Source: Candidatus Zixiibacteriota bacterium
GTDB taxonomy: Bacteria; Zixibacteria; MSB-5A5; GN15; FEB-12
DNA: 44,845 nt
Assembly (NCBI GenBank): GCA_016926795.1
Contig: JAFGNW010000230.1
Span: forward strand, 1 to 44,845
Reading direction: 5' to 3'
The position numbers and the translations under genes were made by a program. The notes below the pieces were generated by a model. That model ran no database searches, was not told the DNA's origin, and saw only the letters and a program-made list of their open reading frames with translations. How positions within the stretch are numbered: the first letter of the stretch is position 1; each line of letters begins with the position of its first letter. This document shows, in pieces, positions 1 to 7,874 of the stretch.

Positions 1-2315
1 ACCTTGGCGTCCGGATAGCGCAAGCTCGTTGGCGGAGCCGCGAGCGCATCCTGAGGATACAGCCAGTGCAGAACGGAATCTATCACAACCTGCATGGTTT
101 CATCTTTCAAACTGAGCGGCGTGAAGCAGAAGTGAACCGTCTTATACAGACCGGTATTGTACCTATGGGCGACCGGGGCGCCGTCGAAGGAATAGTCGAA
201 ACCGAGCGGGTGGTCCAGCCCATAATAGGATTTGTACAGGTACATACCCTCGGTGCCGTACACGCGCGAGGACCAGTTGACCTCCGGCAGAGCGTGCAGT
301 TCCGCCGGTTTGAAGATTCTCGGGTTAACATAAGACATCGGCAGGGTATCATTATAGGAGAAACCCTTGATCACCGGGCCGTCGGGGAACCAGTAATAAC
401 GCCGGTTCAGCTGGTTGGTGTCAATCTCCAAATCCGGCCATTTGCCGGGATTCAAGCTGATCGCACCGACAAAGTCCTCGATTCGACGGTGGGGTCGTTT
501 AATCGGATTGGGAATCCACTCGCCGTTAACATAAATGGAATCCGCTTCGAGGTCAAAAGAATGGTAACCCCAGCCGGAATAAACCATACCGTAAACCGGG
601 TCAACCCCGAAATGTTCGGCGTAATCATCGTCCGGTATGACCAGGTTGGCGCCAACTCTCGGACTGTCGTTAAAGCTGCCTATAATCGGGGCTCGCATAG
701 TCAGCCAGACGTTCACCCCCGCTTCAAGGGCGATATAAACATTCCTGCCAATCGCAGTCGGCTGACCGCCGGGTCCGGTGGTAATACCGGATTGGTTGAC
801 ATCGTCACTGTACAAAATCAGTATCTTGTGCTGCAGCATCCGCCGTAAAGCCACTTTATCACCGGCCTTACTGGAATAGATGTAGTCAACATACTGACCC
901 TTCTGATTCGGATCCAAATCCGGATACATAGGCGTTATATCGAAATCGGTAACGATGCCTTCATTGATGCTCCAGTTCGTGATAACGGAATCCCAATAAT
1001 GAACAGCGGTATCAATTTCGTACATGCCGTCGACACTTTTATAAGGTGCGTTGATACGCCCCCTCCCTATCTTGGAGAAGTCGATGACCAGGATATCCCG
1101 TTCGTATTTCGGTTGGATGACGTTGATTGCCTTATAATCCGGCGTCAGGTCAACCACCTGGGCGGCGTCCCGAGCTTGCACCCAGAAAATGAATTTCATG
1201 CCCCGGGTCGTATCTGCTGCCGGGTCCGATACCGTTGGATAAACATCATAAAGGGTGTCCCGAACCGAAGTTATCCAGCCGTCGGAAGTCTGGCGAAGCT
1301 TGTTAAAATTCGTGTCGGCAATAAAATCCGGGTCGGTTACATCAAAGAGCGTGTCGAACTGGCCGTATATACCCCACTGGCCGATACTGTCGGGATGGGG
1401 GGTGAAATCGTCAATATATATGGTCTGGGAATCGATTTCCACATAACAGGTATCCTCGATGGTATCGCATACGTACGAGGAATCGACCAGGATAAAGAAA
1501 GTATCGATTCCGTAATAATACAATTCCGCAGTACGGGTGACGAAAACAACTTTAACGAAGGAATCGATCAAATCCTCGTAAGGTCCGCCAGCGACGGTGT
1601 CCGATTTATAGGGACCGAACAGCTTCCACTGGAACTGGAAGAGAGTATCCTCGAGGTCCGGGTCCTCCCCTTCCCATCTTACCGGGATACCGGTGTTGAC
1701 ACCACCGGCCGTAACGGCATTGATATATTCCCGGGCAAGGTCGATGCCGATAATCCGGGTATCGGGAGGGTAGTCGTTTCTCAAAATGAGTTTAAAGACA
1801 ACCTCCGAGGACAGACCTTCATCATCGAAAGCCTGAAGGAAGACATATTGGGGCACAAATTCCAGAACCGGATTGGTCAGGCTGGCCGACATGGATACGA
1901 TTTGCGAGGTTTGCGGATCGTCGATAGTAACCGGTAAAAAGGTCCAGTTCAGCGTATCGCCGTCAAGAACAAACGAGGAATCGTTCGGGGACATCGCCCG
2001 CAGGAAATCGGCGAAACTAGCCGCTGACTCACCGGCGGCAGTATCAATATAGGCGGCTTTGACAACCACATAGCGGAACAGGGTAACCTGACCGTCATAG
2101 TCGGTGCCGACCCAATGAATAACATCGTTGAAAGATTCTTTATAACCGTCCGGCGGAATATTCACGAAATAAACCTGAGGTGGTCGGTTGGCGTTTTTGG
2201 TGCCGCTGATGCGATCGGAACAACTGGAGATATACAGGGAGGAGAAAACCAGTACCGCCAATATAAAAACCGTCAGAACCGCCGTTCGGCCGTGATATTT
2301 AGTTTTAAAAGTCAT
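1..2315 (-). CDS. Large lipoprotein (at least 771 aa, 3' end outside window) with Ig/FN3-like modules; third gene of the TBDR-PorV operon
   Basis: Missing from the ORF track because no stop is in the window. Manual translation from the ATG at 2315 gives MTFKTKYHGRTAVLTVFILAVLVFSSLYISSC (lipobox-like ISS-C), then NRPPQVYF..HWVGTDYDG, VFLQAFDDEG, NDYPPDTRI..VRWEGEDPD. The same frame is open at the window edge (..HWLYPQDALAAPPTSLRYPDAK). The + ORFs 66-848, 999-1937 and 2115-2351 are its codon-aligned antisense shadows. Confidence 0.85.
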   Translation of the reverse strand, partial: MTFKTKYHGRTAVLTVFILAVLVFSSLYISSCSDRISGTKNANRPPQVYFVNIPPDGYKESFNDVIHWVGTDYDGQVTLFRYVVVKAAYIDTAAGESAASFADFLRAMSPNDSSFVLDGDTLNWTFLPVTIDDPQTSQIVSMSASLTNPVLEFVPQYVFLQAFDDEGLSSEVVFKLILRNDYPPDTRIIGIDLAREYINAVTAGGVNTGIPVRWEGEDPDLEDTLFQFQWKLFGPYKSDTVAGGPYEDLIDSFVKVVFVTRTAELYYYGIDTFFILVDSSYVCDTIEDTCYVEIDSQTIYIDDFTPHPDSIGQWGIYGQFDTLFDVTDPDFIADTNFNKLRQTSDGWITSVRDTLYDVYPTVSDPAADTTRGMKFIFWVQARDAAQVVDLTPDYKAINVIQPKYERDILVIDFSKIGRGRINAPYKSVDGMYEIDTAVHYWDSVITNWSINEGIVTDFDITPMYPDLDPNQKGQYVDYIYSSKAGDKVALRRMLQHKILILYSDDVNQSGITTGPGGQPTAIGRNVYIALEAGVNVWLTMRAPIIGSFNDSPRVGANLVIPDDDYAEHFGVDPVYGMVYSGWGYHSFDLEADSIYVNGEWIPNPIKRPHRRIEDFVGAISLNPGKWPDLEIDTNQLNRRYYWFPDGPVIKGFSYNDTLPMSYVNPRIFKPAELHALPEVNWSSRVYGTEGMYLYKSYYGLDHPLGFDYSFDGAPVAHRYNTGLYKTVHFCFTPLSLKDETMQVVIDSVLHWLYPQDALAAPPTSLRYPDAK

Positions 2316-2336
2316 TTGTTATTACTCCATTCCTCA

Positions 2337-3326
2337 TTAAAACGCAATTAACATGCTAAAGCGATGAACCTCGGTGAGAATACCGAAATCCTGGAAGGCG
2401 TAATCGAAACGAAGCTCGCCGTCTTCCCCGAACGGAAATCTCAAACCGCCGCCGGCCGTAAAGCCGTCCTCATCATAGTGCATCCGGGTACCGCTGCGAA
2501 GAATGAAACGGTCCTTGAAAACATATTCGACACCCATATTGTACTTTTCCAGGTTGTCGGAAGGGTGTGAACCTTCGATTGAGAAAGTCACGAAATTATC
2601 GGTTCGCTCCAGAATGTTGATGCAACCGCCGAACTTGAAGTTAATCGGCAACGGGTAATCGTTTTGAACCATGTTCAAATCGGGTCCGAAATTAGTAATC
2701 ACCATGGCGATTTTGAAGCCGCGGAAGCCGGTATCGTAGGACGTACCGATGTCGGCAGCCCAGCCGCTGGCCGATTCATCGGCGTAATACTCACCGATAT
2801 ACTTCACGTTGAAACCGATAGAGAATCGGTCCGTGAGATAACGGCCGTATCCAACCGAAAAAGCGATATCGTTGGCCTGAAACATCCGACCGGTACCGTC
2901 CGGTCCATCGCCGTAAGTTCTCTCAATCATATCGCCAGTGCTCAGGCCGTAAACGCCGAAACCGAGCACACCGCCGATCGACTCCAGAGGAAAACCAACG
3001 GCACCGAAACCGTAATTGATATCAGCCGGCATCTTGATGTAGGTAAACATAGCCTCCCGACCCAGCAGGGACGTCAACCCGGCCGGGTTGTAATACACGG
3101 CCGAAATATCATCGGATACGGCCGTGAAAGCGTCAGCCATCCCCATGGCTCGAGCTGATACCCCCAGTTCGAGAAATTGAGCACCGGTCGTTCCGACCTT
3201 AGCCTGAGCGTTGACCCGGGCAGGCAACACGGCCAGAACCAGGAACGACAGGCACAGCAGGCATAACAAGCCGGCGCCGGTATATTTCTTTCTGCGCGAC
3301 ACTGGAAGTCTTCTTTTCATTATCAT
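2337..3326 (-). CDS. PorV/PorQ-family (UPF0164-like, FadL-type) outer-membrane beta-barrel
   Basis: Signal peptide, then KVGTTGAQFLELGVSARAMGMADAFTAVSDDISAVYYNPAGL, typical of this family. Alternating beta-strands and C-terminal ..HRFSMLIAF. Confidence 0.85.
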   Translation of the reverse strand: MIMKRRLPVSRRKKYTGAGLLCLLCLSFLVLAVLPARVNAQAKVGTTGAQFLELGVSARAMGMADAFTAVSDDISAVYYNPAGLTSLLGREAMFTYIKMPADINYGFGAVGFPLESIGGVLGFGVYGLSTGDMIERTYGDGPDGTGRMFQANDIAFSVGYGRYLTDRFSIGFNVKYIGEYYADESASGWAADIGTSYDTGFRGFKIAMVITNFGPDLNMVQNDYPLPINFKFGGCINILERTDNFVTFSIEGSHPSDNLEKYNMGVEYVFKDRFILRSGTRMHYDEDGFTAGGGLRFPFGEDGELRFDYAFQDFGILTEVHRFSMLIAF

Positions 3327-3372
3327 CTCAACCTCATTTATTTACAAATCAACTTTTTTCCTAATTCAAGGC

Positions 3373-6300
3373 TTACAGGTTAACTTCCAAACCTAACCTG
3401 ATCTGCCGGCCGTAATCCCAGTTGTAGGGATTAAGGTCATACTCGGTTCCGCCGTAAATGACCTGGGTGATGTTCTGTCGGGTATCGGGGCGTCCGGTGG
3501 CGGTATAAATATAGGTCACGTTCCGGGCGTCGAAGATATTCTCAACCCAGCAAATGAAGCTGTAATCGAGTCCGAAGAGCGAGAAATCCTTGGTGAAGCG
3601 AACATCGAAAACCGCCGTGGCCGGATACCGCAGGGAGTTGCGCTCGATCGATTCGGCCGTTTCCTGCTGAATATTGGGATAGCTCTTGTCCGGCGTAAAC
3701 GGTTGACCGCTCTCGATGACGGATTCGATCGAGAGAGACCAGCCGTTGGGAATCGGCAGGCCGAACAGCCGCGGCTTCACCGTATTCGGCACATAAATCT
3801 GAACGGCTGCCTTCAGTGAGTGCCGGATATCGTTATCCAGTGGCGCTTCGGACAGCGGCTCCCGCGACAGGTAGAAGTCACTCAGGTAATCTTCGTTGGT
3901 CTGGGAGGCCTTACCGTAAGCGAAGGCATAAGTGTAACTGACCTGGCCGTTGACATAACCGCCGCCGCGTTTTTCCAGAGTAAACTCGAAACCGCGGCTC
4001 CGACCATAGTCGGAGTTCTGATACTGCTGACGGGTCAGGCCGCCCACCTTCACCTGTTTGCTGTTGATCTTGTCAAACTCGTCTTTGAAATAACCCGAGA
4101 TGTCAATCGAGTAATATTCGCTCATGGCATACTTTACGCCGAAAGAGTACTGGATGGTTTTCTGGTAATCCAGGTTGTAGTTGCCGACAACATCGTTCTG
4201 GTCCACGGATGAAGTGTTACGCGCGTACATGTATAGGTATTCCGGGAGCTGGTAGAAATGGCCGTAGTTGAAATGGACTTTGGCCTTGTCCGATATCGGG
4301 TAGGAAAAACCTATACGCGGTGAAATTTTATGACGGTCACCGTAAATGATACCGGAACCGAGGTCGTCGTTACGCGCCACCTCGATAAGACTGTCGGTAT
4401 CCTGGATGAAGAAGTCCCAGCGGACACCCAGCGAAGCAATCATCGAACCGTATTCAAGTTTATCGCGGAAATATCCGGTCCCGGCCATCGGGCTGTAGTT
4501 AAACACGTCGCGGAAGGCGCCGCGGTCCGGGTAAGGACCGCCGTCATCACGACCGGTATAAAGAATGTAAACTCTTTCGATATCTTCAAAAGTAAAGCTT
4601 TCATGACGGAAAGCGAAACCGGCTTTCAGTTCGTGCGGACCGAGCTGGCGGAATATTTTCAGCTCCCCGCGGACCCTCTCGATCTCGCGCTGCGTCCAGG
4701 AAATATCTTCGGTATAGTTCCTGGGATCCAGGAAGTTATAGCTGCCACCGTAATCATATTTACCGTTGCCGTTGAGGTCGTCATAAGGTTCGCCCGGGTC
4801 GTACTGGTAATTGCGGCCGTCGAATATACCGTTGCCGTTGCGGTCGAGGAAAGGAATCCCCGGTTCCCACTGGCAACCTTCCGAACCCAGTTCGCAAGGT
4901 CCGTCATAGCGGCCGTTGTGATTGAGGTCATGATTCTCAATGCCGGTGCTCCGGATAAAGACATCGATACCCCGGTCATACAGACCGTTACCGTTGACGT
5001 CGGTGAACGGCTCGCCCAGAATAGAGTCCCCGTCGATATAAGGTTCCGGGCTGCGGTTATTGATGTTGGACACCAGATTCTGGTCGAGAACACCGTTGCC
5101 GTTCTTGTCATAAAGAATATCACCGGAGTCCCAAACACCGTTGCCGTTGATGTCGATAAACGGCTCACCTTCGAGACTGTCCTGATAACCGTTATTGTTG
5201 AAGCGGAATCCGGACCAGTTTATCGAACCGTCCGGGTTTGTATATTCGGTACCGCCCTGTATGTTTTCATCGAAAAGATATTCCCCGAAGGTGTACGCCG
5301 GCCCGTTCACATCCGTCCCGTAAATAGCCGAATCCGGGAACAGGTTGATAATCGGTTCCGGGGCGTCATAGACACCGTTGTCGTTCAGGTCCTGGAAACT
5401 TTCCCATTCGGTATCGAGGTTGAATTCATCGGGGTTCAGACCCTTGCCGGGATTGTTAGGATCACCGGGCTTCTGGGTATATTTAAAGGTATAATAGGAA
5501 AGCACCAGCTCATAGTTCATATCTTTTGAAATCGCCTGGGAAACCTCCAGTGAAAGAGATTTCCAATCCTCCTCGTATATCGGTGCCGTCGAAGATGAAT
5601 AACGATAGTTCCAGTCAAAAACCGTACCGTGCCGTTGAGAATTCTTGTAAGACAGAATGAACTTCAAATTCTGTTTGGGCCGGAACTTCAGGTTGGCCAT
5701 CCAGTAATACCGGTTGCGCAGGCGTTCCGGAATCTGGATACCGAAGAAATTAAAGAAACCGTAATTGTTCCGGGTTTCCGGAGTGTCGTAAGAATCATAC
5801 TGGTAATAACCGTCGTCCTTATCAACTTCAGCGTAGAAGTAATAAGTGAATTCCTTATCCTCCAGGAAATTAAGTCCCAGCGCCGGGAGAATTTTATTCT
5901 TGAAAATCGGGTCCGGACCGGAAAGAGAGAACCTCGTGAAATCATAGTTACGCGAATATTCGTTCAGGTCGGCATTTCCCAGGTCATCGGTAATATACTG
6001 GAAATTGATGCGGGTGTTATCTTTGGACCCGGTCTGGGTGGAGATTTTTACGATACCGCTAAGAGCGTCACCGTATTCGGGGTCGAAACCGTCTTTAATA
6101 ATCTGAATTTCCTGAATGGACCCCGATACCAGCGAAAGGTTCGCCCCCGTCTGGCCCATACCGCCGAGGGGGTCGCCGATCGGGACACCGTCGAGAATGT
6201 AGGATACCTCACCGGCCCGGCCGCCGCGGATAAATACTTCACCGGTTGAAGTGGTTTGAACACCAGCCACCTGCTCCAGCAGAGCATCCACCGTCTGTAC

Positions 6301-6747
6301 CGGTTTGTGCTTGATCGTTTCAGAAGTAATGGTCAGCTTGTTCTCAGTTTCAAAACGGTCAATCACGTCGTGGGTACCAATAACCTTGATCGTTTTATCG
6401 AGGTCACTGACTTTCTTGGTCAGTTTCTGAGAAACCTCGGTAGTCAGGTCAGCGTTCACCACTACATCCGAAACTTCGACAGTGTTATATTCGATAGAAG
6501 AGATCCTAATGGTATAGGTTCCGGGATCCAGGCGAGGGATAATATACTTGCCATCGAGATCGGTGAAGTTACCCATAGTGGTCCCCACGATCAAGACCGA
6601 GGCATTTACAACAGCTTCCCCCGTTTCAGCGTCAGTGATTGTTCCCTTAATCTGACCGAAAGCCGCTGCGAAAGCGGCGGTAGGCATTATCAGTAGACCG
6701 ACAAGGAAAATCGCCAGTAGAGTACAGAACCTCTTTTTATCGAACAT
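3373..6747 (-). CDS. TonB-dependent receptor with N-terminal carboxypeptidase-regulatory-like domain and a large DxNxNG-repeat insertion
   Basis: Signal peptide, GQIKGTITDAETGEA..., plug motifs (FIRGGRAGEVSYILDGVP, GFDPEYGDALSGIV), SPRIGFSYP, C-terminal GRQIRLGLEVNL. AAGGAGG RBS upstream. Confidence 0.93.
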   Translation of the reverse strand: MFDKKRFCTLLAIFLVGLLIMPTAAFAAAFGQIKGTITDAETGEAVVNASVLIVGTTMGNFTDLDGKYIIPRLDPGTYTIRISSIEYNTVEVSDVVVNADLTTEVSQKLTKKVSDLDKTIKVIGTHDVIDRFETENKLTITSETIKHKPVQTVDALLEQVAGVQTTSTGEVFIRGGRAGEVSYILDGVPIGDPLGGMGQTGANLSLVSGSIQEIQIIKDGFDPEYGDALSGIVKISTQTGSKDNTRINFQYITDDLGNADLNEYSRNYDFTRFSLSGPDPIFKNKILPALGLNFLEDKEFTYYFYAEVDKDDGYYQYDSYDTPETRNNYGFFNFFGIQIPERLRNRYYWMANLKFRPKQNLKFILSYKNSQRHGTVFDWNYRYSSSTAPIYEEDWKSLSLEVSQAISKDMNYELVLSYYTFKYTQKPGDPNNPGKGLNPDEFNLDTEWESFQDLNDNGVYDAPEPIINLFPDSAIYGTDVNGPAYTFGEYLFDENIQGGTEYTNPDGSINWSGFRFNNNGYQDSLEGEPFIDINGNGVWDSGDILYDKNGNGVLDQNLVSNINNRSPEPYIDGDSILGEPFTDVNGNGLYDRGIDVFIRSTGIENHDLNHNGRYDGPCELGSEGCQWEPGIPFLDRNGNGIFDGRNYQYDPGEPYDDLNGNGKYDYGGSYNFLDPRNYTEDISWTQREIERVRGELKIFRQLGPHELKAGFAFRHESFTFEDIERVYILYTGRDDGGPYPDRGAFRDVFNYSPMAGTGYFRDKLEYGSMIASLGVRWDFFIQDTDSLIEVARNDDLGSGIIYGDRHKISPRIGFSYPISDKAKVHFNYGHFYQLPEYLYMYARNTSSVDQNDVVGNYNLDYQKTIQYSFGVKYAMSEYYSIDISGYFKDEFDKINSKQVKVGGLTRQQYQNSDYGRSRGFEFTLEKRGGGYVNGQVSYTYAFAYGKASQTNEDYLSDFYLSREPLSEAPLDNDIRHSLKAAVQIYVPNTVKPRLFGLPIPNGWSLSIESVIESGQPFTPDKSYPNIQQETAESIERNSLRYPATAVFDVRFTKDFSLFGLDYSFICWVENIFDARNVTYIYTATGRPDTRQNITQVIYGGTEYDLNPYNWDYGRQIRLGLEVNL

Positions 6748-6923
6748 TACAATTCCTCCTTGAGATATTAAAACAGTAACATTTATCTAACTTATTTTAA
6801 ATCTTGGATTTTTTTAAACAAAGCGGTGAGGGAACTTTGCTTTTTCCAACCCATCCTCATAAAAAATACGTCTATAACCCTATTAATAGTTGGAGCTTAT
6901 GTTTACACTCCTTTCAAGCTCAA

Positions 6924-6952
6924 AAGATAGGTCAAAAAAGTCACAAAAGTCA
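6924..6952 (-). promoter_or_regulatory. Putative sigma70 promoter of the TBDR operon
   Basis: Minus strand TTGACT-N17-TATCTT. Confidence 0.55.
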
Positions 6953-7010
6953 AGCGATTTTTTCCCCTTAAATAACCTAAGCTCCTATCATAAAAGACTA
7001 TTGAAGAGGC

Positions 7011-7808
7011 TTATTTGTTTAATATTCGCCTCTGAATAAGGTTGTTTTTTTTTAAAAAAATGCATCTTTTTTTTATTTTCTCAAGTTCCTCCGGAGAGTT
7101 ATCCACCGCCACCACATCGAATTTTAAAAAAGATGCCATCGCTTTACGAAAAATTTCAGCTATTTCATTAAATTCTTTATTCACAATCGTTTGTTTGTCG
7201 GATACCGGACAAAGCCAGCCATCATTTAGAGCCGGATGCGATACTAACCCGTTCAACTTGACAGAGCCGTGCTGCAAAAGAGACGTACCGAGCCGTTTCT
7301 GGGCGGATGCAATTATTTTTCGGTTTTCGGAAACCAGCTCATATTTGGCCCGGGAGGCGAAACAGGGAGCTTTGTGAAAAAAATCCGGCCGGGCGTTTTC
7401 ACGGGAGGATTGACGCACTAATTCGGCTTCGAATCCCAGCATATTCAAAAAAAGAGCCAGAGCGCCTGCGAGAGCGCGCGAAGTTGCCGAAAGCGAGCCG
7501 ACCAGCATATCGTTTTCCAGACCGGCGCTGTTGAGTGCGACCGCGTAAGTATATTCCGAGGGGTCGTGATAAATCGCCCGGCCGCCGGTAAGACGACGGA
7601 TAACGGGTGTGTCCCCCACCCGGGAAAAATCAAGAGCGGTCTCCTGCCGCTGATTGTAACCGAAGGTAATCGCTCCCGGTCGCCAACGGTAAAGGCGCAG
7701 GCAGACCAGACCCGGTTCGTTCAGGACCCGCGACAACAACCATTCGTCGAAAGCCATGTTAAAATACGGGTCAGCGGCATTGTGTACATAAAACAAGGCC
7801 GGTTTCAT
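7011..7808 (-). CDS. Lipoate-protein ligase A / octanoyltransferase LipM family
   Basis: FNMAFDEWLL, LRLYRW..ITFGYNQ, RRLTGGRAIYH, CF...KIIASAQKR..LLQHGS. The ATG at 7808 (MKPALF) is preferred to the ORF start at 7844. Confidence 0.88.
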   Translation of the reverse strand: MKPALFYVHNAADPYFNMAFDEWLLSRVLNEPGLVCLRLYRWRPGAITFGYNQRQETALDFSRVGDTPVIRRLTGGRAIYHDPSEYTYAVALNSAGLENDMLVGSLSATSRALAGALALFLNMLGFEAELVRQSSRENARPDFFHKAPCFASRAKYELVSENRKIIASAQKRLGTSLLQHGSVKLNGLVSHPALNDGWLCPVSDKQTIVNKEFNEIAEIFRKAMASFLKFDVVAVDNSPEELEKIKKRCIFLKKNNLIQRRILNK

Positions 7809-7874
7809 GCCGGACAGTATAAAAAAAAACACCCTGGAAGACAAGGTGCCGAATAAAAAAACTTGTTAAAAAGA

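Noticed and set aside
66-2351. Plus-strand ORFs 66-848, 999-1937 and 2115-2351
   Set aside because: Codon-aligned antisense shadows of the real minus-strand lipoprotein gene; no motifs or RBS.
3820-6696. Long plus-strand ORFs (e.g. 4330-5529, 399 aa) opposite the TBDR
   Set aside because: Antisense shadows; their Val-rich repetitiveness mirrors the DxNxNG repeats.
6750-7010. Cobalamin riboswitch or Fur box upstream of the TBDR
   Set aside because: No B12-box/GGGAA-GCCACTG pattern or convincing Fur palindrome.
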